From contig CDPCPM010000073.1 in NCBI GenBank assembly GCA_976551045.1, positions 17,050,001 to 17,114,000 of the forward strand: DNA of 64,000 nt, read 5' to 3'. The notes under the pieces were generated by a model that saw only the letters and a list, made by a program, of their open reading frames with translations, was not told where the DNA came from and ran no database searches. Positions 1 through 11,586 of the stretch are shown piece after piece; position 1 is the stretch's first letter; every line of letters starts with the position of its first letter. This stretch comes from Glaucostegus cemiculus (lineage: Eukaryota). The position numbers and the translations under genes were made by a program.

Positions 1-19
1 AATATTTTAAACATCGTAT

Positions 20-282
20 AAATTTTTATTTATTTATTTTTTGAAATTTTTATTTATAGCGTGGTAACAGGCCCTTTCGGCCCTCTGAGTCCACGCCGCC
101 CATTTTAAACCCCCAAATTAACCTACCCGTACGTCTTTCAGAATGTGGGAGGAAACCGGAGCACCCAGAGGAAACCCACGCAGACACGGGAGAACGTACA
201 AACTCCTTACAGACAACGACGGGAATCGAACCCCGATCGCTGGCGCTGTAACAGTGTCGCGCTAACCGCTACGCTATCGTGA
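20..282 (-). mobile_element. tRNA-derived V-SINE (HE1-like), young near-complete copy with CR1/HER-type tail
   Basis: Minus strand has A box TAGCGTAGCGG (266-276), B box GGTTCGATTCC (222-232), V-domain core GGGTGCTCCGGTTTCCTCCCACATTC, tail GGGCCGAAAGGGCCTGTT and an AT-rich end; CpGs retained. Confidence 0.85.
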
Positions 283-432
283 AACAAAGAATATCACACA
301 ACATGCAACACGATTGTACAATGCACATCCAGGTTATGCACACAAAAATATGGTGGGATACAACTCAGGACCACATCTTCTATTTCTGCTTTGGGGTCCC
401 AGGTATCTACCACAAAAGTCACCAGTCCAGAG

Positions 433-504
433 TGTATGTGTGTCATAGAGCAAGATTATACCAAGATCTGTATGTGTGTCATAGAGCAAGATTATACCAA
501 GATC
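433..504. repeat. 36-bp perfect tandem duplication (2 copies)
   Basis: TGTATGTGTGTCATAGAGCAAGATTATACCAAGATC at 433-468 and 469-504. Confidence 0.95.
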
Positions 505-1002
505 ATCTTCACCCACCCTTACCTGATGCATGCTATCAATGTAAATAATGATGAGGTTGATGGGTTAGGTAGATTGCATCCTAATGATTTCCCCTTTCCT
601 GAACATGGAATCCAGGGGCGGGGGAAGGGTCTCACTAAAGTTCCTGCCTTGCTGGTCATCACTGAATTCGATAGAATTTGAGCAGTGAAGGCAATTAATA
701 AGTAATATCATAAAGGTACACTCATGCATGCAATAATAATACATGGAGGCAGTAATATGTGGTACATTTACTGTGAGATTGTAACAACAGACTGGAAATT
801 AGTAGTCAATCATGTATGGAAAGTGAGGCTTTATCTAAATTTCTGTTTTAAGCTTCGTTTCGTTCTGCACTGGAAATGTGTATAATTGCTTCAAATTCAG
901 TTCATTTTGATCAAGCAAGTTCTACGACAAATGATTAGAAGTTAAAGGGTTTGACTCACTTAAAAATATTTGTCAAATTCTATTACTTGGGAGGAAAAGA
1001 AT

Positions 1003-1325
1003 TAGAAAATCCACAACAAAGTAGGAGCAGGAGTAAGCCACCAGGCTCTTCAAACCTAGCCGGCCACTTAATATGATCATAGCTTGATCTATGCCAGCCT
1101 CAACTCCTCTTCCATGCCAGTTCCTCATGGCCCTCAATTCCTTGATCTTTCAATTACTTATCTACCTCCGCCTTAAATATATCTGATGATCTGGTGTCTA
1201 CCACCCTCGAGGACAGAGATATCCCAAGAATCATTGTCCTCTGAGAGAAGAAATTTCTACACACACCATTTTTAATGACGAGCTCTTTATTTTGTGGTTT
1301 TGTCCCCTTGTTCATGACTCTTTCA
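1003..1325 (-). mobile_element. CR1-clade LINE 3' fragment (degenerate)
   Basis: Minus ORF remnant CRNFFSQR...SDIFKAEVDK resembles the CR1 RT C-terminus; tail GTAGGAGCAGGAGTAAGCC is shared with other copies in the window. Confidence 0.75.
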
Positions 1326-2289
1326 TGAGTTATTTTCATTTTAGCACCATGTGCTGAGATGGTACATTGTTACAATTCCCATATTCTCTTTTGTTTTATG
1401 CGTTGACTTCATAATGAAGTGGAATTTCAATTGTGAGAAGCTATGGATGGAACTGCAATGCTTGCCGAAATTCTGACTGATAGGTCATCTTTTACTTGTT
1501 CAGACAATAAGGTTAAGCCATTAATTTAATTAACTTAAGGGAATAAAACTCAAGGTTGAGAGGCATTGAGTCCTTCTGGCAGTCATCATCAGTGTTAAAA
1601 GCAAATTACAAAAGCTTTAGCTGCAAAATATTCAAATCCCTTTAAAAGAGCAGTTTATGCATCAAGTTTGCAATAGGTTTTTTCAAGGAGGGAAGGATGA
1701 TTCAATTCAACAACCACAAATACATTACCTAATATCAATTGTGACAAACTCTTACAATCCATAATCCAAGATCAAATTGGTAAGCAATTAGCAATGCAGA
1801 GTAGATTTAAAGAAGGCAAGTTGCCTTTAAGAAATTAAGAACTTTATTTTGAGTGAAGTGACTGAAGTTAGGCCCAAACACCATAGGCTGAGTCCTTCAC
1901 TGAAAGTCAACAGCCTTTCACCAGCCATGCTACAGTCATTGCTTAGAAACCTAAAGACCAGCACAAGAGGAATGCACAAGGGCAGTTGGTCAATGTGATT
2001 TGGTAACATTGGAGTAATAAATTTGCTGTGCCTTGAGTTGACTTTTATTTTTATATTGATGTAATTACTGGGATAACCAACAATAATCTAGGGATGACTC
2101 CACTCAGCAGGGCTTTCTAGTTTGCCTTCTCTATTCTCTTCCCTGTTCCCCCCTCTCCTCTCCCACCTCCAAACCCTGCTTTACTCTGTGCCTTGCCTGC
2201 CAGGAATCTTAAAAGAGGAATCCACCACAGGCCCAATCACAGTGCAGACAAGGCCATGAACTCATGGCAAAGCACCTTCACTCCAATAG

Positions 2290-2453
2290 AGACACAAGAG
2301 ACTGCAGATGCTGGAATCTGGAGCAACACACAAGATGCTGGAGGAACTCAGCAGGTCAGGCAGCATCTATGGAGGGAAATGGACATTTTGGTCTTTCAGT
2401 CCAGATGAAAGGTCTTTACCTGAAACTTTGACTGTCCATTTCTCTCCAAAGAT
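2290..2453. mobile_element. Penelope-like element terminal fragment, partly fold-back, with hammerhead-like core
   Basis: GACACAAGAGACTGCAGATGCTGGAATC...GAACTCAGCAGGTCAGGCAGCATC, the same terminus as the GIY-YIG-bearing copy at 18.2-19.0 kb; GGAGGGAAATGGACA pairs with TGTCCATTTCTCTCC. Confidence 0.75.
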
Positions 2454-3128
2454 TCATGTGTACCTTCACTCCAATACTTCACCTTATCTCCAATGTTCCT
2501 TACTGGAGTGGAGCTAAGCTACAGAACTAGTGGGAAACTATTCATCTTTTGTTGGTTCCATTTCAGAACCAAAATCAGTCCACCCTCAGTCACTGAGTTA
2601 CAGTTTGCACAGAGAAACTGTGCACATTGATGCACATTTGAAGTCTGAACTCCACTGTAACTTAGGCAATAAAAGAGGATGAACTTTAAATCAAATATCT
2701 GGAAGACAAAGGTCCTTCACTACCCTCCCCATTTGCAAAACACTGCCCCCAGCAATCAAGATCCATGGAGTGTTCTGATGAATGTGAATCATTCCCCAAG
2801 TCACAGGGGCCATCTCTCAGCCTTGGCAGAATGATAGAATCCATCACTGTCTCTGGTGCACCAACACAGCCTTCAGCCCCCTGAATAACATTGCATTTGA
2901 AAGCTAAGATGTCAAACCTCACATGAGTCCATTGTCCACAATACAGCAGTGATCCCTGTCCTGTAGGCACAGGCTACCTACAGCAGAGATCTCAAAACAC
3001 TGGAGACGTACCAGCAATACTGCCAACATAAAATCCACAGACAGGATAATTGTACCAATATCTGAGTCCTCTCCCAGGCCAAAAGCTGCAGCCTTCAGGC
3101 TCCAGTCATGCTCAACCAGCTCCAATAC

Positions 3129-3514
3129 CCCACCCACCTGGGCCATTCTCTCTTCTCTCCTCTTCCATCGGGTAGAAGATACAGAAACCTGAGGACATGT
3201 ACCACCAGTCTTAAGGACAGCTTCTATCCCACTGTGATAAGACTATTGAACAGGTCCCTTATACAATGAGATGGACTATGACCTCATGATCTACCTTGTC
3301 GTGACCTTGCACCTTACTGCAGTGCACTTTCTCTGTAGCTGTGACACTTTACCCTGTACTGGTGTTGTTTTTACCTGTACTACCTAAATGCTCTCTGTAC
3401 TAACTCAATGTAACTGCACTGAGTAATGAATTGACCTGTATGATTGGTATGCAAGACAAGTTTTTCACTGTACCTCGGTACAAGTGACAATAATAAACTA
3501 ATACCAATACCAAT
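3129..3514 (+). mobile_element. Rex1/Babar-type LINE 3' end (5'-truncated)
   Basis: 3129-3269 translates PTHLGHSLFSPLPSGRRYRNLRTCTTSLKDSFYPTVIRLLNRSLIQ*, typical of the Rex1 ORF C-terminus; 3'UTR ends CAAGTGACAATAATAAA plus a short (ATACCA)n tail. Confidence 0.8.
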
Positions 3515-4030
3515 AGGTGAGTCGAGTTGTCCACATGTCACAAACCAGACCCCTGAAACAAGCCCTCCACTCCAAATGCCATTAGGACTGGGCAGCTAGA
3601 GAATTCTTCTCAAGAATGTCTGCAAAGCTGCCTTGTAAAAAGAACAAAAAGAACAAAAAGGACCAAGACCAGGTAAATAGTAGGAGAAGCATTGAGAGGC
3701 AATGAACATTTCTTCTCTTTCTGAAGGGAGTATGTGAATGTTAAATGCCAACAGTGGAAGCAATGTATAGCTTCCAAAGGCCCATCCACCCAGCCTATCA
3801 AACTCCAGCTGCTACTGCAGACACTAGATCCCACATGAGACTCATTAATCACCTCAGAACCCAGAGAACTTCAGTGAAAACAGATCATCCTCAAGCCCAA
3901 GAGGAAAGTAAGAGAAGTTGTTCTCTTCTCATGGCAAGGTCATGCATCATAATGCAAACCACCTGAAATACTGATATCCACTCTGCCTGTACTGGATGAC
4001 TCCTTCAGAGCACTCTGTGTGGTGGAAGCA

Positions 4031-4468
4031 TTAGAACATAGATCATTACAGCACTGTACATCATGCCCTGCAGCCCATGATGTTATGCTAACATTTTAGC
4101 CTGCTCTAAGAGCTATCTAACCCTTCCCTCCCACATAGCCCTCCATTTTTCTCTCATTCATGTGGCTATCTAAGAGTCTCTTAAATGTCCCTAATGTATC
4201 TGCCCCCACAACCTCTGCCAGCAGTGTGTTCCATGCACCCACCACTATCTGTGTAAAAAACTTACCTCTGACATTCCCCTTATACCTACCTCCAATCACC
4301 TTAAAACTGTGCTCCCTTGTGTTAGCCACTTTTGCCCTGGGAACAAGTCTCTGACTGCCCACTTGATCTATACCTCTTATCATCTTGTACACCTCTGTCA
4401 AGTCACTCTTAATCTCCTTCGTTCTAAAGGGAAAATCCCTAGCAACCTCAACCTATCCTCATAAGACA
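4031..4468 (-). mobile_element. CR1/HER LINE 3' fragment
   Basis: ORF 4117-4401(-) EVYKMIRGID...TREHSFKVIGGRYKGNVRGKFFTQIVVGAWNTL...FKRLLDSHM, the CR1 RT C-terminus, followed by the tail. Confidence 0.9.
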
Positions 4469-5369
4469 TCTGATTGTTTAATCAGATCAGTGATGTGCTC
4501 TATCAAAGTTCATGTGGCAGTAAGACTTGCTGTGTGCATTGCTAATGAGTCATGTTGTTGGCTAGCCCTTGCTACCAGTTACCACCCTTTGGTTTGTTGT
4601 TGTGGCTGCAGTGCAAATGGCATGGCAGAGTACTGCAGAATGAAAGCATCATAACTGCTGTTAGAATGCAAGGCGTTGGAATACATTATGTTGTACTGTG
4701 TTCACACATCAAAAAATGATGCGCATAAACTCAGTGGCATCCTGTGCCATTGGGAAGCTTGCAATCCTTGCAAAGCCAAGTCTTTGCTCCTCTTGCTGCT
4801 CTGAGGAAGGAAGAATATAATTAGTTGGTTCTCTTTGGATACGTAACCTCATTAGTGCAACAAAGTACAGAAAATTGCAAAATTGTACAGATACCTCCAG
4901 CTACAGCATGGCAGGAGATCTCTACAAAGAGCATCATGGCCACGGGCAAAATGGTTCTTGCCATGCTTTGAGGATGCATTTATAATTGAGCCAGATGGTC
5001 AGTGAGGGTCCTCACTGAAGTTCTGGTAGGAAAATGCCCATCTCTATACCTTGGATCAGTAATATCTTCCTCTGAGAGCCCATCTCCCCCTCCACTTCCT
5101 TCCTCTTTCTGCGATTTTTTCTGCTCTGTTTCACCTCTGCTCAGTCTTACAGCTCCCTGTAATTATTGTCATACAGTACATAGGAGAGATTAGGACTTGG
5201 TGTGGCTGGGGTTGAGTGATGATCTGCATGTGGTAAGGGCAGGAAAGACATTGGGACTTAGTGCAAAATGGGTCAGAGTCCAACAAAGTGTGGGTGGAAA
5301 AGAAAGATTTAGGATTGGGTGAAGAGGGGCTTATTTTCATTGAAGTATATAAAACTGATGAAGCAAACC

Positions 5370-5778
5370 AGCCAACACCAGGCCACTGAAAAAGATATAT
5401 TATTCAAGCTCTGTAACTGGAAGAGATTAGCAGGCAGTCAGAAAAAGATCTGAGAATGTTCTCAAAGCCTTCGTGGAAAAGTGTAACATCCCCACCAACT
5501 CCCGGGAAACCGTGGTCTGTGACTACTCAAAGTGGAGAAGGAGCATTTGGGTGGGTATTGACAATGTCAGGTCCCTGTAGCAGGAGCATGCACAAGGCCA
5601 GTTTGAAGAGCAGACGGACTGCACATCATCACGACTAGCCACCTGCCTGCCTTGCCAGGAACCTCCTGCCCCACCTGCAAAGGAGTCTACAGTTTCATCA
5701 TTGGCCTTGGCAGCCACGGCAGAAACCAGGTTGGAAGCAGGTCATCTCAATCCCTCAGGGGAAACCTAAGAAGAGAAA
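5370..5778 (+). mobile_element. RTE-clade LINE 3' fragment (degenerate)
   Basis: Frameshifted translation ENVLKAFVEKCNIPTNSRETVVCDYSKWRRSIW and CPTCKG resemble the RTE C-terminus; ends CCTAAGAAGAGAA. Confidence 0.7.
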
Positions 5779-5955
5779 ATGGGGCATTAAGTGATCCAGA
5801 GAAGTAATGAAAAGTCAATTAAAAAGACCAGTGAGAATTTTACTCAAAAGAGGTAAGTGGAATCGTTTGGGAAAGGGAAAGATATAGCCATTTTCTGTCA
5901 AACTGGTTTACACTGAAATTCCCTACAGTTATAAACCTGTCACATAGTGACTCTG

Positions 5956-6054
5956 AAACATAGAACATTGAACACCTACAGCACAATTCAGGCCCTTCGG
6001 CCCACAAAGCTGTGCCAAACATGTCCCTACACTAGAAACTACTAGACTTACCTA
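5956..6054 (-). mobile_element. Short CR1/HER-type 3' tail
   Basis: Minus strand GTGGGCCGAAGGGCCTGAATTGTGCTGTAGGTGTTCAATGTTCTATGTTTC, matching the CR1 tails at 23.9 kb and 63.6 kb. Confidence 0.7.
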
Positions 6055-6513
6055 CATTGCTCTGGTAAATTCTATGTCACACAACTGGCGTTGGTGTCAC
6101 TGAAACTGAACCCACAAGAGTTGAATACCTGGAAAGTTCTAACTTCACGCACTCCTAAAGCAATCCCTGACGTGTACCCGCAGTTTAAAAATCAACGTTA
6201 ACGTGGGAATATCGAGCACTGAAAAACTATTCCTTAAAGTAAATGCAGGTATATAATGTTATCTATTCCGCGTGTTTGCTGGATATGCAATTGCCATTCT
6301 CCATTTGCTGTGCTGAGGATGCATCTCTTCGGTTTAGCAGGTGCCAAGGCGCTTTTTGTAAGGATTTGAATATGTTTCAAGGCTATTTGAATATCGCCCA
6401 ATGGCCAGGCTAGGGGGGAGGATCCACCGCTCACTTAAGTTACAGCGAGTTAAAATGTTCATCATGTTGGAATCAGGCAGGTTGTAAATTGAGAGGCAAA
6501 ATAACCGGCGTGG

Positions 6514-6549
6514 AGGAGAGAGAGAGAGAGAGAGCGAGAGAGCGAGAGG
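6514..6549. repeat. (GA)n microsatellite in the proximal promoter region
   Basis: GAGAGAGAGAGAGAGAGAGAGCGAGAGAGCGAGAG. Confidence 0.9.
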
Positions 6550-6595
6550 GAGATGGGGAACGTTGGATCAAAACCTCTCCAAGCCCACTCCGAAG

Positions 6596-6602
6596 TATAA
6601 AT
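6596..6602 (+). promoter_or_regulatory. Candidate TATA box upstream of HS3ST exon 1
   Basis: TATAAAT about 185 bp upstream of the ATG; the TSS is not known. Confidence 0.3.
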
Positions 6603-6781
6603 GAGGCTTGGGGAAAGAAGTCATAACTTGGACAGTTTGCAAGGTCCCATCGCTGTTGCATGGATGAAACTGAGAGCAAGTTTTGAAGGGCCTTTGGTTT
6701 CTAATTCTGCATTAATTTTTATTCAGTTGAAAAGCATGATTCCAAAGTTTCCCCCCGTTCTACAGAGCAGGAAGCCGACTC

Positions 6782-7245
6782 ATGGGATGTTGTAGTTGGA
6801 GTGCCTGTATTCACCTCGGTTCTCTCAAGGCTCAGTCGAAGGCGCCGCTTCTCCTTACCATGATCATAGTCTTCACCTATTTTGTCTACTGTCTGACGGG
6901 CTGCTGCGACACCATGCCGAGCCCCATCCCTGTGTCTCCGCAGCGCCGGGCGGCCAGACCGTCGGTCGCAGCCGCTGACTTGGGGCGATACCAGGGCAGG
7001 GAGCCGCCCGATCGTTCTCCCTACCCCGCTCCGCAGGACGAGGGAGCCGCCGCCGGGCGCTGGAATATCTCTGTCTTTAACAATTTTGGGAGTAAAAAGT
7101 TTCCCCAGGCCGTGATAATCGGGGTGAAGAAAGGGGGCACAAGGGCTCTACTGGAGTTTCTGCGGATTCATCCGGATGTCAGAGCTGTGGGAGCAGAGCC
7201 GCATTTCTTCGACAGAAACTACGAGAGGGGACTGGACTGGTACAG
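6782..7245 (+). CDS. hs3st6: Heparan sulfate glucosamine 3-O-sulfotransferase, first coding exon (HS3ST6-like; partial CDS, exon 2 lies beyond the window)
   Basis: Short cytoplasmic tail, TM segment [16 protein letters not shown], Pro-rich stem, then [51 protein letters not shown] (5'-PSB loop GVKKGGT). The exon ends TACAG/GT at the conserved WYR phase-2 junction of two-exon HS3ST genes. Family is near certain; the paralog call (HS3ST6 versus 3A1/3B1/2/4) rests on N-terminal resemblance. Confidence 0.9.
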
Positions 7246-7300
7246 GTCTGAATCTGCGGGCAGCACCTCACCCACCTACACTCACACACGCACCGACCTT
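6830..7300. promoter_or_regulatory. CpG-island-like segment over exon 1
   Basis: Locally GC-rich with many CpGs, unlike the CpG-poor AT-rich flanks. Confidence 0.75.
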
Positions 7301-7821
7301 CCCTGTCAATGAGATCGATTGAGGTTAAAGGCGAATAGTAAAGCTCAAAAACTTCCAAAAAATATACATTTGCAAAACTTAACATCTTTTCATGTAACAG
7401 GAGCTATAATATCAATCTAGTACCGCCCACGATAGTTATGAAGTATGAAATATTTATTTCGCCAAGCCGTGGCATTACTCTGAACGAGCCCTATTTATTC
7501 TTAATTACATTTGGGTGTTCTGCAGATTGATTAATACAATAATGTGAGAAATATACCTGCTTTTTCCGGAGAGGTTTGTGTTAGTAAGTAAAAATGTGAC
7601 ACATACTTCATTGTCAAAGTACCAATCCTTCTACAGAATAAAGTTGGGAGGGAGGATTTAAATTTATTTTAAACTCATAAATGATAGAAATTGTGGCATG
7701 ATTTGGTGAATAGTGAGTTCTTACTTTCAGTTTTGTCTGTTATAGGCACAAATGTGAGATTTTTATATATTTTGAAAAAAACCCACTTAATACTACAGTT
7801 CTGCTATGATTTGAACAGGAA

Positions 7822-7896
<75 letters not shown>
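7822..7896. repeat. Compound (TC)n(AC)n microsatellite
   Basis: About 13 TC units directly followed by about 24 CA units. Confidence 0.97.
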
Positions 7897-7898
<2 letters not shown>

Positions 7899-10800
7899 TA
7901 AAATTAATCTGCTGTAGCCTTTCTGGATTCATGAAATATAAAATATTCATTTTGCCAAGCAGTAGTGCTGCAGATGGACTCTTATTCTGGAGCAGTTATA
8001 TTAATATGAATGCCAATCTATTCTATGTTAAATGGAATTCTTTACTGTTTCTTCTACTTAGAAATAAGATAACTAGACCAACCCAGTCATTGACATTCTG
8101 AGTGGCACATACACACATTAGTAATTGGACCTATCGTTGTAGCTCCAAACAAAATCATTCTTTTCAGGAATGTTCAGGGTCAGCCTGCACAGCATTGCAA
8201 TTGTAGTCTCAAAATAAGAATTTATTAGTTTGTGACCCATCTATAAGGTTTAACAAGGTGAATGTCTTAATTATAGCTATTATATTCCAATTGTTGATTC
8301 ACTTACAGTATTGGAGATTACATTTTGATTTAGAATGCTGTTTGAAATATACAAAATCCAAAATGTTAATGGGAGGCAGCTGCTCTTGAATATTTGTGTC
8401 TCAACAATAAGGAAGAGATAAAAGAGGTTTTGCAAGGGAATAATAACTTTTAAAATCTGTGTAATGGAACAATCTCCCTTAACAATCAAAGCCTTAGACA
8501 ATGATGTAAAAAAGTAGAATTCATCCAGCTAATATTTAAAATATGTCATGCACATGATAAGTAAAATAAGTATTATGCAGCATTTAAGAATGAATCTATC
8601 CAGTCATTACACAGCCACATAAATAAGAATTTTTTTTTTCAGATACAATATAAGAATATGGTAGTTGGGATACCCAGCTCTCCATCAGTGAAATTCAATG
8701 GACCATAACTTGGTGAAGATGGAACCTGTGTCACTGAATGCCAGTTTTGTTATTGTATTCATATTCCAACTAGCTAATAATGCTGCTGATGCCTTGGCTT
8801 TTCCCATTTTGTTTTACAATCAGCCTTCTGCCCATAGTCATACAAAGTTAGTTTCTGTGAATAACGGATGTTTCCGAATTGGCAAAAGTTGGCGTAACGA
8901 GCCTTGGAGATTAGAGATAGTGGTTGTTTGGTTTAGAGGACATTACAGTAAAGGTGTGCTCTTCCATGGAGCAATTTAAATATTTAAGAATGATTAGACT
9001 GCATTAGGGAGCATTTTCAAGTTCTTGGATCATCACTCAGTGCGCAGCAGCCATGGTTGGTCAAAACACTGTGAACCCATTTTTAATGTGGAAAATAATA
9101 TCATATTTCAGAAGGATTGCAAAATAAAATCATACAGAAAAGTCATGAATAGCCAGAGAAACTCTCACGTGTTTTGTAACCATTGTCTTGGGTTACAGTC
9201 TTGAAGTCATTGTGCTGTTATAATGGGCGATTATTTTCACATTGAAAGTTTGCATTTATGAGGTGGCAAGCCTTGCGGGTAGCCACGGGCCTTCGTTTGT
9301 GCGATATGTATGGTGGTGTACAGGCTAAGGGATTAAGGATTGTGGAACACTTTTTTTGGAATGTTATCTGCAAGATTGTTCACGGTGCCAGTTACTTCTG
9401 GGAGCTAGAATGCTTAGTATATATTAGATATTATTAAAATGATAGAAAATACAACATCACTTTAGCATGTCTAGTGGCTTTCAGGAGATATAACGTTTTG
9501 CCCCATACTAGTTTTTAACGTGCATGTTTGATATCAAATATTGTTTTAAAGTATCCACAGGAAAGATCTTTTTAAGCCATGATTTTACAGTTTACTTTTG
9601 TTTTGGTTTTGAAATCCTTTCTCTGTATTTAAAGATATTAAAACTAAATAAGATGTCTATGTTATATGATATTCTGAGACTACTAATCATTCAGATATGA
9701 TTTCCAATAAAATCCATTTATTTTGGGGAAATGCAGAAACCTGTCCTCATTATCCACTGTCAAAATGTCAGTACTATATTCTCAAAATGACAATGAGAAT
9801 TAATTGCCCAAAGGGTTAGTGTGAGCCTGGGAGAATAAGTAGTCTTGCCTAATCACAGGCACTTTGATTTAAAAGGAAAAGTATGGGTATTACACTCTAT
9901 TACAGCCTAACCTTTCCACATCTATATAAAATGATTACTTCTGAGTTCCTCTGATACCAGTTACTTATCAAATATGCTCTGACCAGTGATATTCCTATTT
10001 AATTTCCACACCGCAAATGGCAAAACTCGCATCTTTCCTGAAAATTACAAAATTGTGACCTCCATGGAGTTTCCAAATTCATTGTTTAAACAGTGGGTGA
10101 AAATATACATGATGTATGTCTCTTACTCTAATATTCAGCTAATAATAGCAGCATCTTTATAGACATATTTTTAATACTTTAAAGTAATAGCATCATCTTT
10201 GTGGATATATAAAAGATCAGTATAATCTATCCTTAAAACCTCTATGCACTGAGATAAAAGTTTGTACTGCAGAAAGTCCAGGCAAAAGAATATGATCTTC
10301 TTTTACTCCTCATCACTGTTACTGCAATAAGTTCTTCAATTAAAGATATGTTATGGAGCACCAGTCTTTCATGTTCATGTGATGAAATATAAAGTGTAAT
10401 AGATTAAGGACATTTGAGGAAAGTAGTCAGAGAGATGGTGTGAAAAGCAAATTAATGAATTATTTTCCTTAGAATCTGATGATGAAAGTCTTGATTGAAA
10501 AGTAACTGGTGATTTGTAGCAAGAGTTTCTTGTTGGCTTCTTAAGAAAAGACCTTGTGTCGTAAAACTTTGCCCCTCATAATGTAAGGTATTTTATCATA
10601 AAATAATGCTGTCAAAAACGTATTTAGGCATAATATATCAGAGGGAAATAACTCTCAATTTTAGCAGTACGTAGCCTGGAAACATTTATAATATACTGTA
10701 CCAACCCTTTTTTAACATAAATTCAGTCACCACTAAAATTATTTCTTTCTGTTTTGATAGATTTTTACATAAGATAAGGTGTTTCTCGTTTAAATGTACA

Positions 10801-11567
10801 ATGTTTAAAAGGTTCCTTTAAGTGACCTTTTTCCCTCTCTTTGCCATTTGCATCCAGCTGGAATTCTACAGGCAGATAAATTGTGCCTGGGAAGGCTGAA
10901 GAGTTGTGAGGTGAACTTTTGACATAATTGAATTTGTTATAACTTGATATTAGCCACCCTTACAAATTAAACATTCAGGCACTGACAGAAATGCATCTTA
11001 ACAGCTTTAGCACTATAATATTCATAAGAATTACTTTTGAGGGATTTGAAATGTCAAAAGATTCTACAAGAATTCTAATTATTGACATTTCATATCAATG
11101 TAGTTTAACATAAACTGCTCTAGTGTGATTAAATGTAGAGATTTTCAGTGTGTAATTTGCAATGTGATCTCTGACACTGAATCTTTAATAGCTAGATGTT
11201 GATACAAACCAAATAGTTGATGTTGACTGAAAGATTTTTTCTTTGGTCATGCTGGGCGATGCTCAGGATGTTATTGCATCTTTAGTGCAGAGAATTAATA
11301 ATGTGTTTTCATATTTAGTGTCTCTGATATATAGGCACCCTGCAATTAGAGTCAGGGCATAAAGTGCATATGTTTACATGAATAATTTGAATTTAATTGT
11401 ACATATGTAAGCTTATACAACTTGCAGAATGGGAATAAAGGCTGTAAGGTTCTAATGTGAGAGCATTGTCAGTGTGAGGTATAGGTATTATGCCTATAAG
11501 TTGGGGCCAGGTGTTTGAATTCTTGTGTATAAATGAAAAAGAATTGAGATGTCATCATTGTGCATCT

Positions 11568-11586
11568 GTGCACCCCCTAGTGGCCA
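11568..11586 (-). promoter_or_regulatory. CTCF binding motif
   Basis: Minus strand TGGCCACTAGGGGGTGCAC, close to the CTCF core TGGCCACCAGGGGGCGCTA. Confidence 0.75.

Noticed and set aside
279-681. Overlapping ORFs with repeated peptides
   Set aside because: Explained by the 36-bp tandem duplication; no recognisable protein motif.
2686-3120. Minus-strand ORFs possibly from an L1/Tx1-like LINE
   Set aside because: Similarity is too vague to call without a search.
7246-7312. C-terminal 21 aa of the 176-aa ORF treated as real coding sequence
   Set aside because: Homology ends at the conserved WYR splice junction; the remainder is intron read-through.
7691-8101. 136-aa ORF with LSLSHTHTHT
   Set aside because: Artefact of the (TC)n(AC)n microsatellite.
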